Positions 46,500-57,100 of a stretch of DNA of 64,000 nucleotides are shown here, piece after piece; the stretch's first letter is position 1; every line of letters starts with the position of its first letter. The notes beneath the pieces are model-generated. The model ran no database searches, was not told where the DNA came from, and was given only the letters and a program-made list of their open reading frames with translations. The translations under genes were made by a program, and so were the position numbers. This DNA comes from an uncultured Rikenellaceae bacterium (lineage in GTDB: Bacteria > Bacteroidota > Bacteroidia > Bacteroidales > VadinHA17), in contig CAWFSO010000001.1 in assembly GCA_963818525.1 (NCBI GenBank), forward strand, positions 518,357 through 582,356. The letters run 5' to 3'.

Positions 46500-49007
46500 A
46501 TGATGAAAGAAATACCTATGCGGATAGTTTGCCTTTTTACTTTGTTGCTCACAGGATTGATTGCCACAGCCCAGACCGACGATAAATATGCCAATTACCT
46601 GTACCCCGAGGATTATACAGTTGCAGGCATTACCGTTTCCGGGGTCAAATTCCTTGAGCCCAACGCCCTTATTGGCATCTCGGGACTGCGCATTGGACAG
46701 AAGATAGAGATACCGGGTGAACAGATAACCGCCGCAGTGAGAAAACTCTGGGAACAGGGGCTCTTCTCCGATGTAAAGATAACAGTGACGGGCAGGGAAG
46801 GTGAAAACATATGGCTTGATATATACCTCCAGGAGCGCCCCAGGCTCTCTTTGCTCAGGTTTGAGGGGATAAAAAAGGCTGAAGAGACCGATCTGAGAGA
46901 GAAACTGAGCCTGCCAAACGGCTCCCAGGTGACCGCTCACCTGCTCAACAGGGCTGAGCGTACGATCAAGGATCATTATATTGAGAAGGGCTTCCTGAAC
47001 ACCGAGGTGACCATCATTCAGAAGGATGACCCGGATATGCCCAATAACGTGGTTCTCAATATAATCGTTGACAAAAAGGAAAAGGTAAGGATTGAACAGA
47101 TACAGTTCGAGGGCAACGAATACTTCGATGCCAAAAGACTGCGCCGTGTCCTGAAAAACACCAAGCAGAAAGACATCAACATATTCAAGGGCTCAAAATT
47201 CATTGAGGATAAGTTCGAAGAGGACCGCAGCAGCCTCGTGGATTTCTATAACGAAAACGGCTTCCGCGATTTCCGAATACTGAAAGATTCCACCTACAGC
47301 CTCGAGGACGGAAAAATGGTGCTGGTGGTGAAACTCAATGAAGGAAACCAGTATTATCTCAGGAATGTCGACTGGGTGGGCAACAGCATCTACACCAAGG
47401 ATCAGCTGACCAGGGTATTCAACTTCCCCTCCGGCGAGGTCTACAACCAGACCATGATCAGCAAGAGGCTCATTGAAGACGAGGATGCCGTCAACTCATT
47501 GTATCTCAATTACGGTTATCTCTTCTCAAGGGTCACCCCCGTCGAAAAGAATGTCGACGGTGATTCGATTGACCTTGAGGTGCGCATCTTCGAGGGTGAC
47601 CCTGCCAACCTCAACAACGTCATCATCTCGGGTAACACCCGTACCAACGAGCATGTTGCACGGCGCGAACTCTACACCAATCCCGGCGACCTCTTCAGCA
47701 AGGAGAACATCATCCGTTCGGTAAGACAGGTGGCCGTGCTGGGTCACTTTGACCCTGAGAAGATCAACCCGCAACCCATACCTGACCAGGTGAACGGCAC
47801 CGTCGACCTCCTCTATGCACTTGAGGAGAAGGCAAATGACCAGTTCGAGATATCAGGCGGATGGGGAGCCGGCATGCTCGTGGGCACAATAGGGGTGAGG
47901 TTCAACAACTTCTCCATGCGCAACTTCTTCAAATGGAGTGAATGGAGACCCTATCCCTCAGGTGACGGCCAGTCTGTCCAGATCAGGGCCCAGTCCAACG
48001 GACGCGTATATCAGTCATACAACATCTCATTCATCGAACCGTGGCTCGGCGGCAAAAAGCCGAACACATTCTCGGTCTCGCTCTTCCGCTCCCTGATGAC
48101 CAACGGCTCCCCGAGCAGCGCTGACGACAGGCAGCATATGATAATAGACGGTACATCGGTTGGATTCGGCAAGAGGCTTGAGTGGCCCGATGACTACTTC
48201 TCGATCTATTATGAGGGAAGCTACCAGAGGTACAGCATGAAGAACTATTCCCGCTACCAGTTCCTCTTTGACAACGGTAACTCAAACCTGGCAACACTCA
48301 GCGCCAAACTGAGCCGTTTCTCGGCCGGGCCAAACACCATCTTCCCCCGCAACGGATCAACATTCTCGCTATACGGGCAGGTGACACCTCCCTATTCCCT
48401 GCTCAGCGGACAGGATATGGCGGGCCTCCCCGACGAACAGAAATACAGATGGATTGAGTTCTGGAAGGTGGTCTTCAAGGCCGATTATTATTTCCCCCTC
48501 TCGTCGAATGACAAACTCATCCTTAATGCCAGGGCCGCATTCGGATACCTGGGTTACTATAACCCCGACATAGGACCTTCACCGTTCGAAAACTTCTACG
48601 TGGGAGGCGACGGAATGACGGGCTACAGCTTCTATGGCCGCGAGGTCATCGCCCTCAGGGGATATACCAACGGATCACTGACCCCGACCATAATCAAGGA
48701 TGGCAGGATTGTTGAAGCGGGAAACGTCTACTCAAAGCTGACGCTCGAACTCCGTTACCCCATCTCTCTCAATCCCCAGGCTACAATCTACGGGCTCGCA
48801 TTCCTTGAGGCAGGAAGAGCATGGTATGACATAAATGACTACAATCCGTTTAAAATGAATCGCTCTGCAGGAGTAGGCCTGAGAGCCAACCTGCCTATGT
48901 TCGGGCTCCTGGGCATCGACTGGGCCTACGGATTTGACCCTGCCCTGACGGGGAGACCAGACGACTCAGGCAGCCAGTTCCATTTTGTAATAGGTCAGCA
49001 ATTCTGA
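46500..49007 (+). CDS. bamA: Outer membrane protein assembly factor BamA
   Basis: Start MMKEIPMRIVCLFTLLLTGLIATAQ gives a signal peptide, followed by POTRA repeats and an Omp85 barrel ending HFVIGQQF. The ORF-track start at 46365 lies inside uppS. Confidence 0.92.
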   Translation: MMKEIPMRIVCLFTLLLTGLIATAQTDDKYANYLYPEDYTVAGITVSGVKFLEPNALIGISGLRIGQKIEIPGEQITAAVRKLWEQGLFSDVKITVTGREGENIWLDIYLQERPRLSLLRFEGIKKAEETDLREKLSLPNGSQVTAHLLNRAERTIKDHYIEKGFLNTEVTIIQKDDPDMPNNVVLNIIVDKKEKVRIEQIQFEGNEYFDAKRLRRVLKNTKQKDINIFKGSKFIEDKFEEDRSSLVDFYNENGFRDFRILKDSTYSLEDGKMVLVVKLNEGNQYYLRNVDWVGNSIYTKDQLTRVFNFPSGEVYNQTMISKRLIEDEDAVNSLYLNYGYLFSRVTPVEKNVDGDSIDLEVRIFEGDPANLNNVIISGNTRTNEHVARRELYTNPGDLFSKENIIRSVRQVAVLGHFDPEKINPQPIPDQVNGTVDLLYALEEKANDQFEISGGWGAGMLVGTIGVRFNNFSMRNFFKWSEWRPYPSGDGQSVQIRAQSNGRVYQSYNISFIEPWLGGKKPNTFSVSLFRSLMTNGSPSSADDRQHMIIDGTSVGFGKRLEWPDDYFSIYYEGSYQRYSMKNYSRYQFLFDNGNSNLATLSAKLSRFSAGPNTIFPRNGSTFSLYGQVTPPYSLLSGQDMAGLPDEQKYRWIEFWKVVFKADYYFPLSSNDKLILNARAAFGYLGYYNPDIGPSPFENFYVGGDGMTGYSFYGREVIALRGYTNGSLTPTIIKDGRIVEAGNVYSKLTLELRYPISLNPQATIYGLAFLEAGRAWYDINDYNPFKMNRSAGVGLRANLPMFGLLGIDWAYGFDPALTGRPDDSGSQFHFVIGQQF

Positions 49008-49034
49008 ACAAGATAACAATCAAACAAAAAAGCT

Positions 49035-49550
49035 ATGAAGAAGATCATTATCATGACAGTACTGGTGCTCACCGCATCATTAAGCGGTATTGCACAGAAA
49101 TTTGCATTCGTTGACAGCGAATATATAAGAAGCAACATACCTGCATATACCGCAGCTCAGCAGCAGCTTGACAAACTATCCGAGGGATGGGAGAAAGAGG
49201 TTGCTGACGGCTACGCTGCCGTGGAGCAGATGTATAAGGACTACCAGGCAGAAGTGGTGCTTCTGTCGCAGGATCAGAAGAGAAAGAGGGAAGAGGCAAT
49301 CATCGCCAAGGAGAAAGAGGTGAAGGACCTTCAGAATACCTATTTCGGCATGGAAGGCGAACTCTTCAAAAAACGCGAGGAGATGGTCAAACCGATCCAG
49401 GATGAGATACTCAAAGCCATAAAGGAGATATCCGTGGAAGGCAGCTACGCAGTCATATTTGACACCTCCGCAGGGTCAAACATACTCTTTGCAAACCCCA
49501 GATATGACCTCTCCGACCAGGTGTTACAGAAATTAGGTTATAAGAATTAA
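49035..49550 (+). CDS. OmpH/Skp-family periplasmic chaperone
   Basis: 171 aa with a signal peptide and a coiled-coil-rich Skp-like sequence. It follows bamA. Confidence 0.85.
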   Translation: MKKIIIMTVLVLTASLSGIAQKFAFVDSEYIRSNIPAYTAAQQQLDKLSEGWEKEVADGYAAVEQMYKDYQAEVVLLSQDQKRKREEAIIAKEKEVKDLQNTYFGMEGELFKKREEMVKPIQDEILKAIKEISVEGSYAVIFDTSAGSNILFANPRYDLSDQVLQKLGYKN

Positions 49551-49555
49551 ATAAT

Positions 49556-49563
49556 TACATTTG
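49556..49563 (+). promoter_or_regulatory. Bacteroidota -7 promoter box (TACATTTG)
   Basis: Exact TAnnTTTG match just upstream of the second ompH-like gene. Confidence 0.35.
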
Positions 49564-49579
49564 CACGGTTAAATTGAAA

Positions 49580-50101
49580 ATGAAGACAATGAAGAAAGTA
49601 TTTGGTATACTACTGTTTGCTGCACTGTTATTTACAGCACAGGAAGGATTTGCACAGTCATTCAAGGCAGGTCACATAAACAGGGATGACATCATCATGA
49701 ATATGCCTGAGTATGACTCGGCAATGAAACAGTACAATGCATACGGTCAGGAGCTGACCAATGCCCTGGAACTCATGCAGGTTGAGTACAATAACAAGCT
49801 TGACCAGTATGTCAAGGAGAGCAAGAATCTCACTGACCTGGTGAAGGCCAACAAGGAGCAGGAGCTGGCTGACATGCAGAACCGCATAAACAATTTCCAG
49901 CAGCAGGCCCAGGTGCAGCTGCAGGATAAGCAGGCTGAACTTCTCAACCCTATCATTGAAAAGGCAACGACGGCTATCAACGCCGTGGCAAAGGACGGGG
50001 GATTCATTTATATATATGATGTCCGCACCCTGGTCTATGTTGATACGGTAAAGAGTACTGACATCGGTCCGCTGGTGAAGGCCAAACTCGGGATAAAGTA
50101 A
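49580..50101 (+). CDS. OmpH/Skp-family periplasmic chaperone (second copy)
   Basis: Start MKTMKKVFGILLFAALLF gives a signal peptide, with Skp-like Gln/Glu-rich helices. An alternative TTG start lies at 49574. Confidence 0.85.
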   Translation: MKTMKKVFGILLFAALLFTAQEGFAQSFKAGHINRDDIIMNMPEYDSAMKQYNAYGQELTNALELMQVEYNNKLDQYVKESKNLTDLVKANKEQELADMQNRINNFQQQAQVQLQDKQAELLNPIIEKATTAINAVAKDGGFIYIYDVRTLVYVDTVKSTDIGPLVKAKLGIK

Positions 50102-50121
50102 ACCAGGCATAATATTAATAT

Positions 50122-50155
50122 GGCTGTCCGCTTCCGGCGGGCAGCCTTTATTTTA
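50122..50155 (+). terminator. Intrinsic terminator after the bamA-ompH-ompH unit
   Basis: GGCTGTCCGC pairs with GCGGGCAGCC (10 bp including one G-U pair, 5-nt loop), followed by TTTATTTTA. Confidence 0.7.
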
Positions 50156-50162
50156 GATCATT

Positions 50163-50969
50163 ATGGAAGCAGGGAACCGTCCTATCGGCATATTTGACTC
50201 AGGTGTTGGAGGCCTCACCGTGGCACAAGCCATCAGGCAGACCCTCCCGGGCGAACGCATCATCTACTTCGGAGATACCGCCCATCTTCCATACGGGGAC
50301 AAGTCGGAGGAGGCAATAAGGGGCTACTCACGCCGTATCACCGATTTTCTTATCGGCCATGATGCCAAGCTCGTACTTATCGCATGCAACTCGGCCTCCG
50401 CCTCAGCTTATGAAGACCTGCTGGCAGGATATGGAGACAGGGTTCTGATCCTCGACGTGATCAACCCCGTGGTTGAATATGTCTCCGGCCGCAGCTACGG
50501 GAAGCTGGGTGTCATAGGCACCAAGAGAACCATCAGTTCGGGCACCTATGAGAAAAAGATACACGAGGCCTCTCCGTCAACCACCGTGGTCTCACTGGCC
50601 ACCCCTCTGCTTGTGCCGATGATCGAGGAGGGTTTCATTTTCGATGATATCAGCAACGCCATCATCCGTACCTATCTCTCAGACGGCAGACTTCAGCAGA
50701 TCACTGCCCTGATACTGGGTTGCACCCATTACCCTATCATCCGCAACCAGATCAGCAAGTTCTTTAATTTTGACGTTGAGGTGGTTGATTCAGCACGTAT
50801 CGTGGCTGCCAGACTGAAGGAGACGCTTGAGAAACATAACCTCGTCAACAGGGGAACCCCGGGTGATGATCTCTTTTTTGTCTCGGATTACACCGAGTAC
50901 TTCGAGAAGATCGCAAGAATGTTCTTCGAGAACACCATCAACCTTCAGAAGGCTGACATCTGGTCGTGA
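50163..50969 (+). CDS. murI: Glutamate racemase
   Basis: 268 aa with GIFDSGVGGLTV, ACNSASA and GCTHYP. Confidence 0.95.
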   Translation: MEAGNRPIGIFDSGVGGLTVAQAIRQTLPGERIIYFGDTAHLPYGDKSEEAIRGYSRRITDFLIGHDAKLVLIACNSASASAYEDLLAGYGDRVLILDVINPVVEYVSGRSYGKLGVIGTKRTISSGTYEKKIHEASPSTTVVSLATPLLVPMIEEGFIFDDISNAIIRTYLSDGRLQQITALILGCTHYPIIRNQISKFFNFDVEVVDSARIVAARLKETLEKHNLVNRGTPGDDLFFVSDYTEYFEKIARMFFENTINLQKADIWS

Positions 50970-51115
50970 TACATCTCGTGATGCCATTGCCGGCCACCCG
51001 CCGGCGTCAGGATATCTGCCTGCGAATAAATCATTTAGCCGGTCATGACAAACATGACCAAAATCATACAGTTATATCAGTGTATTGCTGAACTTAGCTT
51101 CATAAAACTGGTTAT

Positions 51116-51123
51116 TATTTTTG
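51116..51123 (+). promoter_or_regulatory. Bacteroidota -7 promoter box (TATTTTTG)
   Basis: Exact TAnnTTTG match, 35 nt upstream of the korA ATG. Confidence 0.4.
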
Positions 51124-51157
51124 AGGTACTAATCAATTCAAATACGTTACTATCATC

Positions 51158-53002
51158 ATGGCAAAAAGATCAAAGGTCATTGAAAAAGACGCCGTTGTGA
51201 TCAAGTTTTCCGGTGACTCGGGTGACGGGATGCAGCTTACAGGCACTCTCTTCTCGAACACCTCGGCCCTGTTCGGAAATGATATCTCCACTTTCCCTGA
51301 TTACCCTGCAGAGATCAGGGCTCCCCAGGGTACCGTGGGAGGTGTCTCCGGCTTCCAGGTCCATATCGGACGTAAGCACGTCAATACACCGGGTGATTTT
51401 GCAGATGTACTCGTGGCAATGAACCCCGCCGCCATACGTGCAAATGCCCGGAGTCTGACAAAAGACTCGACCATCATATATGATATCGATAATTTCACCG
51501 AGAAGTCAATACAGCGTGCAGGCTATCAGGCAGACCCCTTTGCTGAAGACAAGCTTGACACCCTTAATCTCATCGGTGCTCCCATAACCTCACTGGTCAA
51601 GGAAGCCCTGAAGGATATGGACATAGATCCCAAGACTGTGCTGAGGACAAAAAACATGTTTGCGCTGGGAATAGTCTACTGGTTGTTCGACAGCAAGCTT
51701 AAGTATACAGAAGAGTTTATTGAAGACAAATTCGGCAAGAAGCCTCTCATTGCAGAAGCAAACAGCAGGGTTCTCAGAGCCGGTTATTATTATGCCGAGA
51801 CCATCGAGGCCCTCACGCCCTCTTATCATGTGAGCCCGGCTCCCATCGAGAAAGGCGTTTACCGTAACATCAACGGCAACCAGGCTACTGCATGGGGTCT
51901 CCTCGCCGCTGCCGAGAAGGCAGGACTCAAACTGTTCATCGGCTCATATCCCATTACTCCTGCAACGGGCATCCTTGAGGAACTCGCACTTCGCAAAGAC
52001 CTGGGCGCAAAGAGCCTGCAGGCCGAGGACGAAATAGCAGGTATATGCACCGCCATCGGCGCCAGCTTCACCGGCCGCCTCGCAGTGACATCAACCTCCG
52101 GACCGGGTCTTGCACTTAAGTCCGAAGCCCTTAACCTGGCTGTGATGACAGAACTGCCGCTGGTGGTAATAAATGTGCAGAGAGGAGGACCGTCAACAGG
52201 ACTCCCGACCAAGACCGAACAGGCTGACCTGTGGCAGGCTCTCTATGGCCGTAACGGGGAGAGTCCCCTGCCGGTAATTGCTGCCGGGACACCCTCTGAC
52301 TGCTTTCATTTTGCATTCCAGGCTGCAAAGATAGCCCTTGAATATATGACACCGGTGATACTCCTTACCGACAGCTACCTGGCTAACGGATCAGAACCGT
52401 GGAAGATACCCACAATGAAGAGTATGCCTTCCATTACCGTCCCGTGGGCTGTGAAAACTGACAAGGAGTACCTGCCCTACGAAAGAGACCTGAAGAACCT
52501 TGCACGCAGATGGGCTGTTCCCGGAACACCTGGCTTCGAGCACCGGATTGGCGGCCTCGAGAAGACAATTAAGGGAAGCGTCTCATATACCCCGGAGAAC
52601 CATGAATATATGGTCAAGATACGCGAAGAGAAGGTGGAACGCGTCGTAGCTGAAGTGCCTGACCTTGAGATCACCGGAAACAAGAGCGGAGACCTGCTTC
52701 TGATAGGATGGGGCAGTACCTACGGACATCTGATAAGCGCGGTGACCGAATTGCGCGAAGAGGGCTATAAGGTCTCGTCAGTCAATTTCAACTATATCAG
52801 ACCGCTGCCCGCCAACACTGAGAAGGTGTTCAAAGGGTTTAAAAAACTGGTTGTTTGCGAACTGAACAACGGACAGTTTGCCAATTACCTGCGGATGAAA
52901 CATCAGAAATTCTCGTATCATCAGTATAATAAGATACAGGGACTCCCATTCACCGTTAAAGAGATCAAGGATTATTCAAAAAAATTGCTGGAGGGTAAAT
53001 AA
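51158..53002 (+). CDS. korA: 2-oxoacid:acceptor (ferredoxin) oxidoreductase subunit alpha
   Basis: 614 aa with fused gamma/alpha-type OFOR sequence (GDSGDGMQLTG, GSYPITPAT). Confidence 0.9.
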   Translation: MAKRSKVIEKDAVVIKFSGDSGDGMQLTGTLFSNTSALFGNDISTFPDYPAEIRAPQGTVGGVSGFQVHIGRKHVNTPGDFADVLVAMNPAAIRANARSLTKDSTIIYDIDNFTEKSIQRAGYQADPFAEDKLDTLNLIGAPITSLVKEALKDMDIDPKTVLRTKNMFALGIVYWLFDSKLKYTEEFIEDKFGKKPLIAEANSRVLRAGYYYAETIEALTPSYHVSPAPIEKGVYRNINGNQATAWGLLAAAEKAGLKLFIGSYPITPATGILEELALRKDLGAKSLQAEDEIAGICTAIGASFTGRLAVTSTSGPGLALKSEALNLAVMTELPLVVINVQRGGPSTGLPTKTEQADLWQALYGRNGESPLPVIAAGTPSDCFHFAFQAAKIALEYMTPVILLTDSYLANGSEPWKIPTMKSMPSITVPWAVKTDKEYLPYERDLKNLARRWAVPGTPGFEHRIGGLEKTIKGSVSYTPENHEYMVKIREEKVERVVAEVPDLEITGNKSGDLLLIGWGSTYGHLISAVTELREEGYKVSSVNFNYIRPLPANTEKVFKGFKKLVVCELNNGQFANYLRMKHQKFSYHQYNKIQGLPFTVKEIKDYSKKLLEGK

Positions 53003-53003
53003 G

Positions 53004-54026
53004 ATGGCCGAAACAAATAATAACCGCTACGTTGCAAAAGACTTCAAGAGCGATCAGGAAGTAAGATGGTGTCCGGGCTGTGGTGATCACGGGATCCTGG
53101 CCTCACTGCAGAAAACGCTGGCTGAACTGGATATACCAAAGGAAAAATATGTCTTTGTCTCAGGGATAGGATGCTCATCACGCCTGCCCTATTATATGAG
53201 TACCTACGGCTTCCACGGCATCCACGGACGTGCTGCTGCCATCGCCACAGGCATAAAGATCGCCAACCCCGACCTCATGGTGTGGGAGATGACCGGCGAC
53301 GGCGACGCACTGGCAATAGGGGGCAACCACTATATCCATGCGATAAGGCGCAACATAGACATCAAGATCATCCTCTTCAACAATGAGATCTACGGCCTCA
53401 CCAAAGGTCAGTATTCTCCCACGTCAAAGAAGGGGCTGGTGACAAAGACATCGCCCTACGGTACCATTGAAGAGGCCTTTAAGATAGGCGAACTGACCAT
53501 CGGCGCCCACGGACGCTTCTTTGCCCGTACCGTCGATTATAACCTGCAGCTCTCCAACGAAGTTTACAAGGAGGCTGCAAACTTCCACGGAACAGCGGTG
53601 GTAGAGGTGATCCAGAACTGCGTCATCTTCAATGACGGAGCCTTTGACCACATCACAAACAAGGAGACAAGGGAAGACAACACCATCGTTCTCCGCCACG
53701 GCCAGCCAATGATATTCGGCAAGAACCGTGACAAGGGCATTATCCTCGTAAACCTCAAGCTTAAGGTGGTCAGGCTGGGAGAAGGCGGTATAACCGAAAA
53801 GGACCTGCTTGTCCATGACTCACACGAACCCAATCCCGGAATCCATTACAGACTCGCCGGAATGACCTATCCTGAATATCCGGTTGCACTGGGTGTCATC
53901 AGGGCCATCAATGATCAGACATATGACGGAGCCATGCTCGAACAGCATGCGAGAGTACAGGCATCATCGAAAATCAAGACTGTTGATGATCTCCTGATGA
54001 GCGGATCAACATGGAAGGTGAAGTAA
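53004..54026 (+). CDS. korB: 2-oxoacid:ferredoxin oxidoreductase subunit beta
   Basis: 340 aa with WCPGCGDHG and a TPP-binding GDGD motif. Confidence 0.9.
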   Translation: MAETNNNRYVAKDFKSDQEVRWCPGCGDHGILASLQKTLAELDIPKEKYVFVSGIGCSSRLPYYMSTYGFHGIHGRAAAIATGIKIANPDLMVWEMTGDGDALAIGGNHYIHAIRRNIDIKIILFNNEIYGLTKGQYSPTSKKGLVTKTSPYGTIEEAFKIGELTIGAHGRFFARTVDYNLQLSNEVYKEAANFHGTAVVEVIQNCVIFNDGAFDHITNKETREDNTIVLRHGQPMIFGKNRDKGIILVNLKLKVVRLGEGGITEKDLLVHDSHEPNPGIHYRLAGMTYPEYPVALGVIRAINDQTYDGAMLEQHARVQASSKIKTVDDLLMSGSTWKVK

Positions 54027-54071
54027 AGGGATACTTCGAGGACAGGGACTAACTATCTTAATCTATTTTAC

Positions 54072-54079
54072 TAATTTTG
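54072..54079 (+). promoter_or_regulatory. Bacteroidota -7 promoter box (TAATTTTG)
   Basis: Exact TAnnTTTG match, 25 nt upstream of the ATG at 54104. Confidence 0.4.
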
Positions 54080-54103
54080 GCATCTTAATTCACTGATGCC
54101 TGA

Positions 54104-57100
54104 ATGACTGAAAATCCTGATACCGGTAACGGGTTTAGCCGTGATATACATGACCAGCAGGAACGCCTGAAGGAGCTGGCATGCATCAACCGGACAACAC
54201 AGATACTCAAGGAGAGGAAACCTCTTGAGGAGACTCTTATGCACCTCGTCCTTGAGCTCCCCGGAGCATGGCAGTATCCTGATTATGCCGTTGCTCGAAT
54301 CAGATATCAGCAAAAATCATTTGAGTCGCCGGGCTTCGTGGAGACAAACTGGAAGCTGGTGCAGGATTTTACCACCATTGAAGGCAAAGGCAGCGTTGAG
54401 ATATTCTATACCCGTGAATTCCTGGGTGAATACGAAGGCCCCTTCCTGAAGGAGGAACGCGATCTGATCAGAAACTTTTCGAAACTGGTAACCGGTTATA
54501 TCAACAGCCTGGCCGCAGGCAATTCCGGGTCAAAATCAGACGACTCACCTGACGATAAGGAGGATATAAACAGTCTCTCAAGCCGCAAACTGCTGCAGAA
54601 GTTCCTCGACCGCCATAATGCTGAGAGAGATGTCTTTCATGACCTTATGCCATTCATGGTCAGGGAGATACTGCTTGTTGCCAGCCTTTATGATGCATAT
54701 TCGATTGAGGGGGAGGGACGCTTTTCCGACCATATGCTGGGCGAGTATTACCAGATGAGCCTGACAACCCTTCCGAGGATAACGGGCGTCTCGGGTGAGG
54801 ATGAGGCTTTCTCGCGCCTCGGGGTGCGGCATTATGACATGATCATCATAATGGTGGGCGTAGACAAGACCAAACCCATGAGCCTATGCCGCAAGATAAA
54901 GGAGAAATATCCTTATATCCCTACATTCCTGCTGCTCAATAACCCGGGCGATATCCCGTTCGTTCAGGAACAGAAGACACTCGGCATCCCGTTTGATAAC
55001 TATTTTGTCTGGACGGGTGAATCAAAGGTCTTCTTCGCCATGGCGAAACTACTTGAAGATCAGGTAAATGTTGAGAACGATACAAAAAAGGGCCTGACAG
55101 GGGTCATACTCATCATAGAGGATGCAGCCGACTACTACTCCACCTACGTCCCGATGCTCTACACGCTGGTCCTCGAACAGACGCGTATCCTCATCGAGGA
55201 TGTCTCCTCCGACGAGCTTTACAAGGTTCTCAAGCTGAGGGCCAGGCCCAAGATTCTCCTTGCCACCACCTGGGAGGAGGCAATGTCAGTCTACGCCAAA
55301 TACAAGGACAGGCTGCTGGGGGTCATCTCTGACATGCGCTTCCCGCGCAACGGCGTGCTCAATGATAAGGCCGGCTATGACCTTATCCGGCATATCCGCG
55401 AGGAGCAGACCAATCTGCCCACCCTCCTTCAGTCGTCAGACCCCGGTAACGCTGTTTATGCCGAACAGCTAAAGGCAAGCTTCATAAACAAAAACTCCGA
55501 AACACTGCTCCAGGACCTGAAGTCATTTATTACCTATTACCTGGGTTTTGGCCATTTTGTTTACCGCGATACCAAAGGAAGACAGATAGCCGTCGCCAAG
55601 TCGATGCGCGAGTTCGAAGCCTTCCTCAAGACCGTTCCTGAAGACTCACTGGTATACCATGCCATGAAGAACCACTTCTCTCTCTGGCTCATGGCAAGGG
55701 GAGAGGTGAAGGTGGCTAAACAGATCAACCCTGTCAAGATATCCGATTTCCGCAGCCTGAAGGAGATGCGGGAGTTCCTCATTGAGGTAATCCGCCGGAG
55801 AAGGAGGGAGATGAACAAGGGCAAGGTGGTCAACTTTGACGAGTCGCTGATGATCGATGAGTCAAACGTGGTGAGCCTTGCCGGCGGATCACTGGGAGGC
55901 AAGGGCCGTGGCCTGGCATTCGTGAGCACACTTATTCACAGCTTTGAACTCGGACGCCTGCTGCCCGGCATCAATATCAAGTCTCCGCTTACGGCCATCA
56001 TCGGAACAGATGAGTTTGACCACTTCATGGAGACCAACCACATGTGGGATGTGGTCAACAGGGAGAAGGACTTCGGGGAGTTACAGAAGAAGTTCCTCTC
56101 GGGAACGCTCAGCAGCGCGCTGGAAAGCAAGCTCAGGATATTCATCAAACTCTATAGCCAGCCGCTGGCCGTCCGTTCGTCAAGCCTCTTCGAGGACTCC
56201 CTCAGTCAGCCTTTCTCAGGTGTCTTCGGAACATACCTGCTTCCGAACAACCATCCTGATACGGAGGTGAGGCTCAGACAGCTCATCAGCGCCATCAAGC
56301 TCGTCTTCTCTTCCATCTATTCCGACAACTCGCGGATCTATTTCGAAGCCATAAACTACAAGATTGAACAGGAGAAGATGGCTGTCGTGATCCAGGCTGT
56401 GGTAGGCAGAAAATACGATGAGATATTCTACCCCCATATAAGCGGCACGGCTCAGTCATTCAACTTTTACCCCGTTGCCAACATGACCCCTCATGACGGC
56501 TTCGCCATTGCGGCTGTAGGACTGGGTCAGTACGTTCTTGACGGGGAGAGGGCCTTCAGGTTCTCACCCTCATTCCCGGCTCTCGACATAATGTCAATAG
56601 AAGACCTGATCCGCTACTCACAGGTCGAGTTCTATGCGGTCAACCTTGCCAGGAGAGATGTTGATCTGCTTGAGGGGGAGAGTGCCGGCCTGGTGAAGCT
56701 TGACATCAGCAGGGCTGAGACCGACGGTGCCCTTAAACATTGCGCCTCGGTGTTCAGCATGGATAATGACACTGTCTCTCCGGGGCTTGATGTGCAGGGG
56801 CCGCGTGTCATCAACTTCGCGAATATCCTCAAGTATGATTATATACCACTGGCACCCACACTGAAGAAGGTCCTTGAGGTGGTCAGGGAGGCTTTCGGAG
56901 CTCCTGTGGAGATCGAGTTTGCCGTTGACCTTACCAGGGATGAAAACGACAGGGCCTCGTTCTACCTGCTGCAGATAAAACCGCTTGTAGGCAGCGGCGC
57001 CGGCTACGCCATTGACCCTGAAACCGTCTATACCGATGATATGCTGCTGGTCTCCAGGAAGAGCATGGGCAATGGTCTTATCAATGACATCACTGACATC

